Positions 1 to 10,501 are shown, counted from the stretch's first letter. The stretch: DNA of 32,000 nucleotides from Cereibacter sphaeroides 2.4.1 (GCF_000012905.2 NC_007493.2:960001-992000); one strand, 5' to 3'. Numbers and translations are program-made. The notes: generated by a model not told the origin, from the letters alone.

Positions 1-1
1 C

Positions 2-1549
2 ATGCTGGCCCTGACCGAGATGTTCGTGACGGGCTATCAGACGCAGGATCTGGTGCTGCGGCGGGCCTTCGTCGAGGAGGCGATGGCCACGATCGAGCGG
101 CTGGCCGCCGACTGCGCCGAGGGGCCGGCCATCGGCATCGGCGGGCCCTGCCTCGAGGACGGGCGGCTGATGAATGCCTACTGGGTGCTGGAGGGCGGCC
201 GGGTCAGCGCCCGCGTGTTCAAGCACCATCTGCCCAATGCCGAAGTGTTCGACGAGAAGCGGGTCTTCTCGTCCGGCGAGGTGCACGGGCCCTGCCGGGT
301 GGGGCCCTTGCGCATCGGCATTCCGATCTGCGAGGACAGCTGGCACCCGGATGTCTGCGAGACGCTGGCCGAGACCGGGGCCGAGATCCTTCTGGTGCCG
401 AACGGCTCGCCCTATCACCGCGAGAAGCTGGATGTGCGGGTGAACCTGATGGTCACGCGGGTGGTCGAGACCGGGCTGCCGCTCGTCTATCTCAACATGG
501 TGGGCGGGCAGGACGATCAGGTGTTCGACGGCGCCTCCTTCGTGCTCAATCCGCACGGGCGGCTGATGGCCCAGCTTCCGGCCTTCGAGGAGGCGCTCGT
601 CCATGTCGATTTCGAGGCGGCGGACGAGGGCTGGCGGGCGCTGCCCGCGCCCATCGTGGCCCAGCCCGACCTCTGGGAGGCCGACTATCACGCGATGGTG
701 CTGTCGCTGCGCGATTATCTGGGCAAGAGCGGCTTTTCGCGCGTGCTTCTGGGGCTGTCGGGCGGGATCGATTCCGCTCTGGTTGCAGCCATCGCCGCCG
801 ATGCGCTGGGCCCCGAGGCCGTGCGCTGCGTGATGCTGCCCTCGCGCTTCACCTCGCAGGCCTCGCTCGAGGATGCCGCGGCGGTGGCCCGCGCCCTCGG
901 CTGCCGTCTGGACGAGGTGGGGATCGGGGGGCCGCAGGAGGCGGTGGGGGCGGCGCTCGGGCCGCTCTTCGAAGGCACCGAGCCCGGCATCACCGAGGAG
1001 AACATCCAGAGCCGCCTGCGGGGCCTTCTGCTCATGGCGCTGTCGAACAAGTTCGGCGAGATGCTCCTGACCACCGGCAACAAGTCCGAGGTGGCGGTGG
1101 GCTACTGCACGATCTACGGCGACATGAACGGGGGCTACAATCCGATCAAGGATCTCTACAAGACCCGGGTGTTCCAGATGTGCCGCTGGCGCAACGGCCA
1201 CCACCGCCCCTGGATGAAGGGGCCCGAGGGCGAGGTGATCCCGCCGCGGGTGATCGACAAGCCGCCCTCGGCCGAGCTGCGCGAGGACCAGAAGGATGAG
1301 GACAGCCTGCCGCCCTATGCCACGCTCGACGCGATCCTCGAAGGGCTCGTGGACCGCGAGGAGGGTGTGGCCGAGCTGGTGGCGCGGGGCTTCGAGCGCG
1401 AGACGGTGGCGCGGATCGAGCGGCTGATCCTCGGCAGCGAATGGAAGCGCTTCCAGTCGGCGCCGGGGACGCGGCTCACGCGGCGGGCCTTCTGGCTCGA
1501 CCGGCGCTATCCGATGGTGAACCGCTGGCGGGATGCGGGCGGCGCCTGA
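2..1549 (+). CDS. nadE: Glutamine-dependent NAD+ synthetase (5' end truncated by window edge)
   Basis: The ORF is open to the window start. The N-terminal part has a CN-hydrolase context (GIPICEDSWHP). The C-terminal part has the PP-loop ATP pyrophosphatase motif LGLSGGIDSALVAA (SGGxDS). Confidence 0.9.
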   Translation: MLALTEMFVTGYQTQDLVLRRAFVEEAMATIERLAADCAEGPAIGIGGPCLEDGRLMNAYWVLEGGRVSARVFKHHLPNAEVFDEKRVFSSGEVHGPCRVGPLRIGIPICEDSWHPDVCETLAETGAEILLVPNGSPYHREKLDVRVNLMVTRVVETGLPLVYLNMVGGQDDQVFDGASFVLNPHGRLMAQLPAFEEALVHVDFEAADEGWRALPAPIVAQPDLWEADYHAMVLSLRDYLGKSGFSRVLLGLSGGIDSALVAAIAADALGPEAVRCVMLPSRFTSQASLEDAAAVARALGCRLDEVGIGGPQEAVGAALGPLFEGTEPGITEENIQSRLRGLLLMALSNKFGEMLLTTGNKSEVAVGYCTIYGDMNGGYNPIKDLYKTRVFQMCRWRNGHHRPWMKGPEGEVIPPRVIDKPPSAELREDQKDEDSLPPYATLDAILEGLVDREEGVAELVARGFERETVARIERLILGSEWKRFQSAPGTRLTRRAFWLDRRYPMVNRWRDAGGA

Positions 1550-1654
1550 GACCCGCGTCGTGCGGGGGCTGCGCGCCCCCGCCGCCCGGCCGGGGGCCGG
1601 GCTCCCCCGCGGGATATTTGGACCAGACTGAAAGGGAGAGGGCGCCGCGCGGGC

Positions 1655-2599
1655 TCAGAGGGCCGTCGCGGCGGCGGAGGGCAGGAGGCGCGCCACATCC
1701 TCGGGATGGCAGAGTTCGGTCGCCTCGGTGAGGACGGCCGCCGCGGCGCCGGCCACGCCATGGGCCAGCGCCTCCTCCGGCGGGGCGCCCCGCGAGAGGG
1801 CGAGGACGAAGGCGCCGACGAACGTGTCGCCCGCACCCACCGCGCTCACCACCTCGACCGGTTCGGAGCGGGCGTGCCAGCGGCCGCGGGCATCGGCGAG
1901 GACCGATCCGTCGGCGCCGCGGGCGACGATCACGCACTCGGCCACGCCGCGGGCCACGAGGCTTGAGGCGAAATCGGCCGTTTCGGAGGCGCAGGCGAGG
2001 GGGCGGCCGGCAAGGCTCGCGGCCTCGCCATCGTCCATCCGCAGGATGTCGAGGTCGGGCACCCCGCCCGCCGCCAGATGGGCGAGCGGCGCGCCGGACG
2101 TGTCGACCAGAAGCCGGGCGCGCTTGCCCAGCACCCGGGAGACCATGGCCGGGAAGTCGGCCGGCACGCCGGGCGGCAGCGAGCCCGAGAGCACCACCAT
2201 GCCGCCTTCGGGCACGGCGCGGTCGATCCGGGCCAGAGCGGCCTCGACGCGCTCTGCGTCCCAGGCGGCGCCCGGCAGCATGAAGCGGAACTGCCGGCCC
2301 GTGGCCGTTTCGGTGACGGTGAGGCTTTCGCGCGTCTCGCCGGGGCCCGAGAAGGCCACGATCTCGATGCCGGCCGCCGCGACCAGGGCGGCCAGCCGCC
2401 CGCCGATGTTGCCGCCGAGGGCCACGAAGGCGGTGCTCCGGCCGCCGAGGATGCGGATGGCGCGGCTGACGTTCAGCCCGCCGCCGCCCGGATCGACCCG
2501 GGGCTCGGTGCAGCGCAGCTTGATGCCCGGCAGGACCTGCGGCACGTCGGCAGCGAGGTCGATCGCCGGGTTCAGCGTCAACGTGAGAATGGGGATCAT
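1655..2599 (-). CDS. PfkB-family sugar kinase (1-phosphofructokinase-like)
   Basis: ORF 1655..2650. I chose the ATG at 2597-2599 ([15 protein letters not shown]). PfkB signatures are the GG motif ([12 protein letters not shown]) and C-terminal [10 protein letters not shown]. It is convergent with nadE. Confidence 0.8.
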   Translation of the reverse strand: MIPILTLTLNPAIDLAADVPQVLPGIKLRCTEPRVDPGGGGLNVSRAIRILGGRSTAFVALGGNIGGRLAALVAAAGIEIVAFSGPGETRESLTVTETATGRQFRFMLPGAAWDAERVEAALARIDRAVPEGGMVVLSGSLPPGVPADFPAMVSRVLGKRARLLVDTSGAPLAHLAAGGVPDLDILRMDDGEAASLAGRPLACASETADFASSLVARGVAECVIVARGADGSVLADARGRWHARSEPVEVVSAVGAGDTFVGAFVLALSRGAPPEEALAHGVAGAAAAVLTEATELCHPEDVARLLPSAAATAL

Positions 2600-2745
2600 G
2601 GCTCGGTTCCCGTTTTGGGGCAGAGTGCCAGACCCGTCCGCCGGGCACAATGCCGCGATGCAGCGGCGGAAGAAGCTGCCGGGCGCCCCGAATGGGAACC
2701 GAAGGCCGCCCGCCTCCGTTCGGCCGGGGCTGCAAGGAGGATCCC

Positions 2746-3339
2746 ATGCCCGTGAAACTCGCCATCCTGTTCTACACGACCTACGGCACCAACCACCGCA
2801 TGGCCGAGATCGCCGACGAGGCCGCCCGCGCGACCGGCGCCGAGGTGCGGCTGCGCAAGATCGCCGAGACGGCGCCCGCCTCGGTCGTCAACGGGCAGGA
2901 GGCCTGGAAGGCGCAGGTGGAGCGGATGGCCGATATTGCCGAGGCCCGTCCCGAGGATCTCGACTGGGCCGATGCCTATCTCTTCTCCGCCCCCACCCGC
3001 TTCGGCGCGGGCCCGAGCCAGCTGCGCGCCTTCATCGACACGCTGGGCCCGCTCTGGTCGCAGGGCAAGCTCGCCGACAAGGCCGTGAGCGCGATGAGCT
3101 CGGCGCAGAACGTGCACGGCGGGCAGGAGGCCACGATCCTCGGCCTCTACACCACCTTCCTCCACTGGGGATCGATCATCGTGGCGCCGGGCTATACCGA
3201 CCCCGTGCTCTTCAAGGCGGGCGGCAACCCCTATGGCTACAGCCACACGCAGGGCGCCGAGTTCGACGAGGCGGCCAGAGGGGCCATCGCCCATCAGGTG
3301 CGCCGGCTGGTGAAGATGGCGGAGAAGCTCACGGCTTGA
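2746..3339 (+). CDS. wrbA: NAD(P)H:quinone oxidoreductase, flavodoxin-like WrbA type
   Basis: The ATG at 2746 is preceded by AAGGAGGA. The N-terminus [18 protein letters not shown] is a flavodoxin-like nucleotide loop. Length ~197 aa. Confidence 0.85.
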   Translation: MPVKLAILFYTTYGTNHRMAEIADEAARATGAEVRLRKIAETAPASVVNGQEAWKAQVERMADIAEARPEDLDWADAYLFSAPTRFGAGPSQLRAFIDTLGPLWSQGKLADKAVSAMSSAQNVHGGQEATILGLYTTFLHWGSIIVAPGYTDPVLFKAGGNPYGYSHTQGAEFDEAARGAIAHQVRRLVKMAEKLTA

Positions 3340-3363
3340 GCCGCGGCGCGCGCGCCCTGCGGC

Positions 3364-3603
3364 TCACTCCCCGGGGCGGGCGAGGCGATAGCTGCCCTCG
3401 GGCAGGTTCAGCGCGGCGGCGAGATCACGGATCTGCGCCATGGAGAGGGTGATGCGGATCACCTCGTCCCGGCGCGGATCCACCTGCTCCAGCGTGACCA
3501 CATCCTCGAAGGCCGAGATCGTGACATCCTCCTGCAGATGGGGGCCGCCCTCATCGATGAGGGTGATGACGGTCGCGTCGAAATCGTGCTCGATGGTGAA
3601 CAT
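3364..3603 (-). CDS. Small conserved-looking hypothetical protein (79 aa)
   Basis: Internal ATG at 3601-3603 (MFTIEHDFDATVITLIDEGG...). The longer upstream extension of the ORF is Arg/Pro-rich and looks non-coding. No motif recognised. Confidence 0.45.
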   Translation of the reverse strand: MFTIEHDFDATVITLIDEGGPHLQEDVTISAFEDVVTLEQVDPRRDEVIRITLSMAQIRDLAAALNLPEGSYRLARPGE

Positions 3604-3734
3604 GGGCCGATGGTAGGGCAGGGGACGGGGAAGCTCAACCCGCGCGACGGCGGGTGCCCGCACCTTCGCGTGACGGGCCCTTTCGCCCGCCTCGCGTTCT
3701 GTTAAGGTTCGCCGAAAACGAGATGGGGTGACGG

Positions 3735-4466
3735 ATGCTGCGGTTCGGGTTTGCCGCCGTTCTACTGGTGCTGGCGGGCTGTTCCGCACCGATGGGGCCT
3801 GAGGCTCTGGGGCCGGGAAGCTATCAGGCCGCGCCCGATCCGGGGCCGTTCCTGACGCCCGCCGATGCGCAGCGGGCCTTTCCGGCCGTGGTCGCACGCG
3901 TCGAGCCGGTGGCCGAGGCCATCTGCCGCGAACGCACCCGCGGCGTGCCCTGCGATTTCCAGATCGCCGTCGATGCCCGTCCCGGGCTCGACCCGAACGC
4001 CTTCCAGACGCTCGACGATTACGGACGGCCGGTGATCGGCCTCACCCTCTCGCTCATCAGCGACGCGCGCAACGTGGACGAGCTGGCCTTCGTCGTGGGC
4101 CACGAGACGGCGCACCATATCCTCGGCCATATCCCCCGCCAGCGCGAGACGGCGCTGACCGGCGCGGTGCTGGCGGGCGTGCTGGCGCAGATGGGCGGGG
4201 CCGATGCCCAGACCATCCGCTCGGTGCAGGAGTTCGGCGCCAATGTGGGCGCGCGGAGCTATTCGAAGAATTTCGAGCTCGAGGCCGACGGGCTCGGGAC
4301 CGAGATCGCGATCCGGGCCGGTTACGATCCGGTGCATGGCGCGCAGTTCTTCACCCGCCTGCCCGATCCGGGCGACACGTTCCTCGGCAGCCACCCGCCC
4401 AATGCGCAGCGCATCGCCGCGGTGCGCCGCGCGGCCGAGAGCATCGGATATGTCAGCGCCTGGTAA
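3735..4466 (+). CDS. M48-family zinc metallopeptidase, lipoprotein
   Basis: Lipobox in MLRFGFAAVLLVLAGCSAP. HExxH zinc motif in VVGHETAHHILGH. Confidence 0.8.
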   Translation: MLRFGFAAVLLVLAGCSAPMGPEALGPGSYQAAPDPGPFLTPADAQRAFPAVVARVEPVAEAICRERTRGVPCDFQIAVDARPGLDPNAFQTLDDYGRPVIGLTLSLISDARNVDELAFVVGHETAHHILGHIPRQRETALTGAVLAGVLAQMGGADAQTIRSVQEFGANVGARSYSKNFELEADGLGTEIAIRAGYDPVHGAQFFTRLPDPGDTFLGSHPPNAQRIAAVRRAAESIGYVSAW

Positions 4467-4540
4467 GGCTTGATCTGCGTCATGGAAGCGCGCGCGGCGA
4501 CCGGCGAAGGTCGGCGCGCAACCGTCCTGAGGAGGATCGC

Positions 4541-4792
4541 ATGATCGGTTATGTCGAGGCCCCGCGCGCCTGGTCGCTCACCCGGGGCATGGCGCGCGTC
4601 GCGGGCGTGAACCTCCCCGACGCCGTGCTCGAGGGCTGGCTCACCCGGGCCGAACTGGCCGAGATGGTGGATCGCTGCCAGACCTGCACCGCCTCGGACG
4701 CCTGCACGGGCTGGCTGTCGCATTCCGGCCGCTCCACCGTCCTGCCGGCCTTCTGCCGCAACAAGACCGAGATCGAGGCGCTGGCCTCCTGA
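4541..4792 (+). CDS. Small Cys-containing protein (DUF6455-like)
   Basis: RBS GAGGAGGA lies upstream of the ATG at 4541. The sequence ...LTRAELAEMVDRCQTCTASDACTGWL... resembles the DUF6455 family from memory; not verified. Confidence 0.55.
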   Translation: MIGYVEAPRAWSLTRGMARVAGVNLPDAVLEGWLTRAELAEMVDRCQTCTASDACTGWLSHSGRSTVLPAFCRNKTEIEALAS

Positions 4793-4877
4793 GCCCCGGG
4801 GCTCGGAACATCCTCCCGTTCCGGGCCGTTTCTCCTCCGATGCCGCGCCTTCGCGCGGCTTGGAAGGAGGAGCGTCC

Positions 4878-5240
4878 ATGACCCCGCATACCGCCACCAG
4901 CACGAGCCACATGGTCTCGAGCGCCGATGTGAACGGCACGGCCGTCTACAGCCCCAAGGGCGAGCATCTGGGCCATATCGACCATCTGATGATCGACAAG
5001 GAGTCCGGCGTGATCGCCTATGCGGTCATGGCCTTCGGCGGCTTTCTGGGCCTCGCCGAGGACCATCACCCGATCCCGTGGAAGAAGCTGAGCTACGACC
5101 AGACGCTCGGCGGCTTCGTCACCGACATCACGCGCGCGCAGCTGGAAGGCGCGCCCCCGCGCGGCGAGAACTGGCGCGAAGACCGCACCTGGGGCGCGGC
5201 CACCTACAACTACTACGGCGTCCCGCCCTACTGGATCTGA
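4878..5240 (+). CDS. PRC-barrel domain protein
   Basis: The ATG at 4878 is preceded by GGAAGGAGG. VNGTAVYSPKGEHLGHIDHLMIDKESGVIAYAVMAFGGFLG is typical of a PRC barrel. Confidence 0.75.
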   Translation: MTPHTATSTSHMVSSADVNGTAVYSPKGEHLGHIDHLMIDKESGVIAYAVMAFGGFLGLAEDHHPIPWKKLSYDQTLGGFVTDITRAQLEGAPPRGENWREDRTWGAATYNYYGVPPYWI

Positions 5241-5866
5241 TCCGGGCAAAACGGAGGGGCCTGCCACTTGACGACTGCGAGCCCCTCCGCAGCCAGAACG
5301 CCCATGACGCCCGCGATAAGCTCATCCTCGAGGGGCGAGAGGAAACTTGTTGGAGAGAAGGGGCGGAGATGCGACACGTCGAGGGAGATGCCTGCAAGGG
5401 CAAAGATGTGAAGCCCGAGCAGGTGGCGCGCCATCGCTTTGTGTCTGCGGAAGTGGACCATTCCATCCTCCTGCAGCGCGAGGTGCCGGAGCAGATCGAA
5501 GCCCGTGACATGAGCCAGGTCGGTCAGCATCTTGTAATCCCGTCCGAGATGCCGCAGGGCCTTGAGCCTCGGTGTCCTGTTCTTCTCCTGCCGCTTTTGC
5601 CGAAGCCCGCGAACGACTTCGACCGCCTCGATCTCCTGCCGGATGAGGCTGGCAGCTTGGGGATAGAGGTTTCCATTCAACGCGGCCTCGACCAAATCCA
5701 GCCCCGCGATGACCACCTCATGAACTGCGGCGCGCGTGGACATCTCGACGGCGTCTTCCGCGGCGCAGGGCGGCACCGGCCGGCTGGCCACTGACAGAAG
5801 GGCCATCTTTACACCTGCCAGAGCCGAGATGAGAGGCCGGGGAAGATCCTCATCGTCCCCCGTCAT
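5228..5866 (-). CDS. Orphan hypothetical protein (212 aa) in a lower-GC patch, directly downstream of rimO
   Basis: The ORF has non-Arg/Pro-biased, helix-like composition. Its ATG (5864-5866) is only 3 nt after the rimO stop (5870-5872). Its 3' end overlaps the convergent PRC-barrel gene by 13 nt. Internal Met starts are also possible. Confidence 0.5.
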   Translation of the reverse strand: MTGDDEDLPRPLISALAGVKMALLSVASRPVPPCAAEDAVEMSTRAAVHEVVIAGLDLVEAALNGNLYPQAASLIRQEIEAVEVVRGLRQKRQEKNRTPRLKALRHLGRDYKMLTDLAHVTGFDLLRHLALQEDGMVHFRRHKAMARHLLGLHIFALAGISLDVSHLRPFSPTSFLSPLEDELIAGVMGVLAAEGLAVVKWQAPPFCPDQIQ

Positions 5867-5869
5867 GGC

Positions 5870-7237
5870 TCAGACCGGACGGCCCCAGATATCGTACTCG
5901 CCGGCTTCCTCGACCTCGACCGTGAGGATATCGCCGGGAGCGAGGCCCCTGAACCCCTCATCGATGAAGAGGTTGCCGTCGATCTCCGGCGCGTCCGCCT
6001 TGGTGCGGCAGGTGGCGCCGTCTTCGTCCACCTCGTCCACGATCACCTCGATCCGCCGGCCCACCTTCGCCGCGAGCTTCACCTCGGAGATGGCCTGTGC
6101 CTTCTCCATGAACCGGTCCCAGCGCTCCTGCTTCACCTCGGGGGCCACATGGTCGGGCAGGGCGTTCGAGCGCGCGCCGGCCACATTCTCATACTGGAAA
6201 CATCCCACCCGATCGAGCTGCGCCTCGTCGAGCCAGTCGAGCAGGGTCTGGAACTCCGCCTCGGTCTCGCCGGGATAGCCCACGATGAAGGTCGAGCGCA
6301 GCGCGATCTCGGGACAGTCGCGCCGCCAGGCCGCGATCTCGTCGAGCGTGCGGGCCGCCGCCGCCGGCCGCGCCATCCGCTTCAGCACCTCGGGATGGGC
6401 ATGCTGGAACGGAATGTCGAGATAGGGCAGCACCAGCCCCTCGGCCATCAGCGGGATCAGCTCGCGCACATGGGGGTAGGGATAGACATAATGGAGGCGC
6501 ACCCAGGCCCCGAGCCGGCCCAGCTCCCGCGCGAGCGGCAGAATCGGAAACTTCTCCGGCCCCTTCCAGTCGGTGCCATAGGCGCTGGTATCCTGGCTGA
6601 TGACCAGCAGTTCGCGCACCCCGGCCTCGACCAGCTTCTCCGCCTCGCGCAGCACCGCCCGCTCGGGACGGCTCGCGAGCCTGCCGCGCATGTCGGGGAT
6701 GATGCAGAAGCGGCAGGTGTGGTTGCAGCCTTCCGAGATCTTCAGATAGCTGAAATGGCGCGGCGTGAGCCGCACGCCCGTCGCGGGCAGAAGGTCCACG
6801 AACGGATCGGGCGCAGGCGGCACCGCGCCATGCACCGCATCGAGCACCTGCTCATACTGATGCGGACCGGTCACGGCCAGCACCTTCGGATGCGCCCCCG
6901 TGATATAGTCGGGCTCGGCGCCGAGACAGCCGGTGACGATCACCCGCCCGTTCTCGCGCAACGCCTCGCCGATCGCCTCGAGGCTCTCGACCTTGGCGCT
7001 GTCGAGAAAGCCGCAGGTGTTCACGATCACCGCATCCGCCCCCGCATAATCGGGCGAGATCGCATAGCCCTCGGCGCGCAGCCGCGTCAGGATCCGCTCG
7101 CTGTCCACGAGCGCCTTCGGGCAGCCGAGCGAGACCATGCCGATGGTCGGCTGCCCCTCGCGGCGGGGGCTGTCGATCACCAGGCGCGGCGCGAGGTCGG
7201 GGCGGAGGTTGGGCGGGTTCTGGGCCATCGCGCCCAT
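5870..7237 (-). CDS. rimO: Ribosomal protein S12 methylthiotransferase
   Basis: MTTase N-domain ([16 protein letters not shown]), radical-SAM CxxxCxxC ([12 protein letters not shown]) and a C-terminal TRAM-like region. An alternative ATG lies at 7228. Confidence 0.9.
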   Translation of the reverse strand: MGAMAQNPPNLRPDLAPRLVIDSPRREGQPTIGMVSLGCPKALVDSERILTRLRAEGYAISPDYAGADAVIVNTCGFLDSAKVESLEAIGEALRENGRVIVTGCLGAEPDYITGAHPKVLAVTGPHQYEQVLDAVHGAVPPAPDPFVDLLPATGVRLTPRHFSYLKISEGCNHTCRFCIIPDMRGRLASRPERAVLREAEKLVEAGVRELLVISQDTSAYGTDWKGPEKFPILPLARELGRLGAWVRLHYVYPYPHVRELIPLMAEGLVLPYLDIPFQHAHPEVLKRMARPAAAARTLDEIAAWRRDCPEIALRSTFIVGYPGETEAEFQTLLDWLDEAQLDRVGCFQYENVAGARSNALPDHVAPEVKQERWDRFMEKAQAISEVKLAAKVGRRIEVIVDEVDEDGATCRTKADAPEIDGNLFIDEGFRGLAPGDILTVEVEEAGEYDIWGRPV

Positions 7238-7340
7238 ATAGCGTGGGCCCTGCGCGCGCGGAAGGCCCCGCCTCCTTCATTCTGGCGCAAATATCCTCGG
7301 GGGGTGCGGGGGGCAGACAGCCCCCCGTGGCGCTGGTCTT

Positions 7341-8519
7341 TCAGTCCGTGACCTGCGCCAGCCGCGAGAACAGCTCGGCGATCCCGGCCTGATCCACATT
7401 GGCGAAGGCCATGCGGAACTGGCGCGCCCCTGCCTCCGACCCTTCGGGCTGGAACATGGTGCCGGGCAGCAGAAGCACGCCCGCCTCCTGCACCAGCCGC
7501 GGGGCAAGCCGGTCGGAGGGCGTGTCGAACGGATGTTCGACATAGGCGAAATAGGCGCCGCAGCCGAGAAGCGTCCAGCCGTCGAGCGCCGAGAAGCCGC
7601 CCACCATCGCCGTGCGCCGGGCGAGGATCTCGGCGCGCTCGCCCGCCACCCACTGCGCGAGGTTCCGAATCCCCCAGAGCGCGCCGATCTGGCCGAGCTG
7701 GCTCGGGCAGATCGCCACCGTGTCGAGGAACTTCTCGATCTGCGCCAGACGCGCCGCCGAGGCCACCACGGCGCCGACCCGGTGGCCGGTCAGACGGTAG
7801 GCCTTGGAGAAGGAATAGAGATGCACCAGCACCCCGTCCCAGTCCGGATCGGCAAAGAGCGCGTGCGGCGCGCCGGTCCGGCTGTCGAAGTCGCGGTAGG
7901 TCTCGTCCACGATCAGCGCAAGGCCGCGCGCGCGGGCCAGATCGCGGAAGGCCTCGAGCGTCGCCGCCGGATATTCCACCCCGCCCGGATTGTTGGGGCT
8001 CACCAGAACGATGGCGCGGGTCCGGGGGCCCACAAGCGCCGCCGCCTCCTCCGCATCGGGCAGGAGGCACGGGCCCGTGGGCAGCGGCACCGCCATCACG
8101 CCCTGCATGTCGAGCCACATCTTGTGGTTGAAATACCACGGCGTGGGCAGGATCACCTCGTCGCCCGCCCCGGCGAGGGTGGCCATGATCGCGCAGAAGG
8201 CCTGGTTGCAGCCCTGCGTGATCGCGACCTGCGCGGGCTCGATCCGCCCGCCATAGGCGGCCGACCATTGCGCCGCGATCTCGGCCCGCAGCGCGGGCAG
8301 CCCCAGCACCGGCCCGTAGAGATGGGCCTGCGGATCGTGGAGCGCGGCCTCGGCGAGGGCCGCCCTCAGCTCGGCCGGCGGCGGCTCCACCGGCGCGGCC
8401 TGGCTCAGATTGAGAAGCGGCCGGTCGGCGGGAAAGCTCAGCCCCTGGATCCAGCGCCGCGCCTCCATCACCGGGGGCGGGAAGGTCGCGGCCATCGCGG
8501 GGTTGAGCGGCAGGGTCAT
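7341..8519 (-). CDS. Class I/II PLP-dependent aminotransferase
   Basis: I chose the ATG at 8517-8519 (MTLPLNPAMA...). SFSKAY provides the PLP-lysine motif, and the NPGG and TPWY contexts are typical of fold-type I aminotransferases. Confidence 0.85.
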   Translation of the reverse strand: MTLPLNPAMAATFPPPVMEARRWIQGLSFPADRPLLNLSQAAPVEPPPAELRAALAEAALHDPQAHLYGPVLGLPALRAEIAAQWSAAYGGRIEPAQVAITQGCNQAFCAIMATLAGAGDEVILPTPWYFNHKMWLDMQGVMAVPLPTGPCLLPDAEEAAALVGPRTRAIVLVSPNNPGGVEYPAATLEAFRDLARARGLALIVDETYRDFDSRTGAPHALFADPDWDGVLVHLYSFSKAYRLTGHRVGAVVASAARLAQIEKFLDTVAICPSQLGQIGALWGIRNLAQWVAGERAEILARRTAMVGGFSALDGWTLLGCGAYFAYVEHPFDTPSDRLAPRLVQEAGVLLLPGTMFQPEGSEAGARQFRMAFANVDQAGIAELFSRLAQVTD

Positions 8520-8547
8520 CGGAGGCTCCGGAGGCAGGGGCGGCGGC

Positions 8548-9051
8548 TCAGTCGCGGCCGCGGTAGGGCTCCACATATTGCAGGGCCATGTCCCAGGGGA
8601 AGAAGATCCAGGTGTCCTGGCTCACCTCGGTGATATAGGTATCGACCATCGGCCGGCCCGAGGGCTTGGCATAGACGGTGGCGAAATGGGCGCGCGGATA
8701 GAGGGTCCGCACCAGCTCCAGCGTCTTGCCCGAGTCGACGAGGTCGTCGACGATCAGGATGCCGTGGCCGTCGCCCATCAGTTCGGCCTGCGGGGCCTTG
8801 ATGACGGTGGGCGCCTGCTGCTCCTGCCAGTTGTAACTTTTCACGCTGATCGTATCCACGGTGCGGATGTCGAGCTCGCGGCTCACGATCATGGCGGGCA
8901 CGAGGCCGCCCCGGGTGATGCCCACGACGGCGCGCCACGAGCCGTTGTCCGGCCCCTGGCCGTCCAGCCGCCAGGCCAGGGCGCGGCTGTCGCGGTGGAT
9001 CTGGTCCCAGCTGACGTGGAATCCCTTCTCGTGGGGAAGGCGCTCTTTCAT
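8548..9051 (-). CDS. gpt: Xanthine-guanine phosphoribosyltransferase
   Basis: PRPP-binding motif [14 protein letters not shown]-terminus [18 protein letters not shown] and [19 protein letters not shown] are typical of Gpt. Confidence 0.85.
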
Positions 9052-9060
9052 AACGGTCTC

Positions 9061-9675
9061 CTAGAACGCGGCAAGCTTCACGCCGAGCAGCGCCAGCAGG
9101 CCGCCAAAGCTGCGGTCGATGACGGATTTGAGGCTGATATATCCGCTGCGCGCCCGTTCAAAGGAGAAAACGCGGGCGACGAACGTGTTCCAGAGGAACT
9201 CGTTGAGAAAGACCGCGAGAAGCAGGAGGCCCACGGCCCAGGGAGCCGCATCCTGCGGGACCGTGCCGATGAAGATGGCCGAGAAGAACACGGCCGGCTT
9301 CGGATTGGAAAGCTGGGTGAAGAGCCCGAGCCGGAAGGCCGAGGCGGCGCTCCTCGGCGGGCGTCCGGCCTGCCCGGTGTCGAACGGCCGGTCGGCCTCG
9401 CGCCACATGACAAAGGCCATGCGCATCAGATAGATGGCGCCCGCGATCTTCATGCCCCAGAGCAGCGAGGGCGCCACCTTGAACAGGAGCGCCAGCCCGA
9501 AGAGCGCGGCCGAGGCCCAGACGAGCGCCCCGGCGGCCAGCCCGAGCGCGAGAATCGCCCCGGTGCGCAGTCCCTCGCTCATGCCGGTGCGGGCCGACAT
9601 GAGCACGGCCGGCCCCGGGCTGATCGCCGCCATCAGATGCAGCAGCCAGGCTGCGGCGAAGGCGGCGAGGCTCAT
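9061..9675 (-). CDS. LysE/RhtB-family amino-acid exporter
   Basis: 204-aa polytopic membrane protein. The N-terminus (AISPGPAVLMSARTGM) and FTQLSNPKPAVFF match the LysE family pattern. Confidence 0.8.
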   Translation of the reverse strand: MSLAAFAAAWLLHLMAAISPGPAVLMSARTGMSEGLRTGAILALGLAAGALVWASAALFGLALLFKVAPSLLWGMKIAGAIYLMRMAFVMWREADRPFDTGQAGRPPRSAASAFRLGLFTQLSNPKPAVFFSAIFIGTVPQDAAPWAVGLLLLAVFLNEFLWNTFVARVFSFERARSGYISLKSVIDRSFGGLLALLGVKLAAF

Positions 9676-9676
9676 G

Positions 9677-10501
9677 TCAGTGGTCCTTGCGGCCGGTCAC
9701 GGCGTCGATGTCGGGCGCGTCCACGGCCTTCATGCCGACGACGTGATAGCCCGCATCCACATGCAGCACCTCGCCCGTCGTGCCCGAACCCAGATCCGAC
9801 AGCAGATAGAGCGCGGCCTTGCCCACCTCTTCCTGCGTGACGTTGCGGCGCAGCGGCGAATTCAGCTCGTTCCACTTCATGATGTAGCGGAAGTCGCCGA
9901 TGCCGCTGGCGGCCAGCGTCTTGATCGGGCCGGCCGAGATCGCATTCACGCGGATGCCGTCCTTGCCCAGATCCTCGGCGATATACTGCACCGAGGTCTC
10001 GAGCGCGGCCTTGGCGATTCCCATCACATTGTAGTGCGGCATCACCTTCTCGGCGCCGTAGTAGGTCAGCGTGAGAAGGCTGCCGCCCGCGGGCATCATG
10101 GCGCAGGCGCGCTGGCAGACGGCGGTGAAGGAATAGACCGAAATGTCCATCGTCATGCGGAAGTTCGCGGGCGTCGTGTCGACATAGCGGCCGCGCAGCT
10201 CGGACTTGTCCGAGAAGCCGATGGCATGGACGACGAAGTCGAGCGTGCCCCAGACCTCCTTCAGATGCGCGAAGAGCCGGTCGAGCGAGGCCTCGTCGGA
10301 CACGTCGCATTCCACCATCTCGGTCGCCCCGATCGAGGCGGCCAGCGGTTCGACGCGCTTCTTCAGCGCATCGCCCTGATAGGAGAAGGCCAGCTCGGCT
10401 CCCTGGTCGGCGCAGCATTTCGCGATGCCCCAGGCGATGGACTTGTCGTTCGCCAGCCCCATGATGAGCCCACGCTTGCCAGCCAGCAGTCCGTTCGCCA
10501 T
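9677..10501 (-). CDS. fabI: Enoyl-[acyl-carrier-protein] reductase (NADH)
   Basis: MANGLLAGKRGLIMGLANDKSIAWGIA..., the Y-x6-K context (YNVMGIAKAALE) and ISAGPIKTLAASGI are all FabI hallmarks. Confidence 0.9.
   Translation of the reverse strand: MANGLLAGKRGLIMGLANDKSIAWGIAKCCADQGAELAFSYQGDALKKRVEPLAASIGATEMVECDVSDEASLDRLFAHLKEVWGTLDFVVHAIGFSDKSELRGRYVDTTPANFRMTMDISVYSFTAVCQRACAMMPAGGSLLTLTYYGAEKVMPHYNVMGIAKAALETSVQYIAEDLGKDGIRVNAISAGPIKTLAASGIGDFRYIMKWNELNSPLRRNVTQEEVGKAALYLLSDLGSGTTGEVLHVDAGYHVVGMKAVDAPDIDAVTGRKDH

Noticed and set aside
1476-3452. Very long antisense or overlapping ORFs in the housekeeping region, for example 1476-2765 (-), 1728-3452 (+), 6149-7351 (+), 7177-8268 (-), 8410-9840 (+) and 9672-11180 (-).
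   Set aside because: Their composition is extremely Arg/Pro/Gly/Ala-biased, characteristic of non-coding frames in ~67% GC DNA. Each is shadowed by a well-supported gene with recognisable motifs in another frame.
5228-5866. HEPN nuclease call for the rimO-linked orphan, based on RHKAMARH (R-x6-H).
   Set aside because: It is a single loose motif in an Arg/His-rich stretch. The typical RN-xxx-H context and a second supporting helix pattern are not evident.
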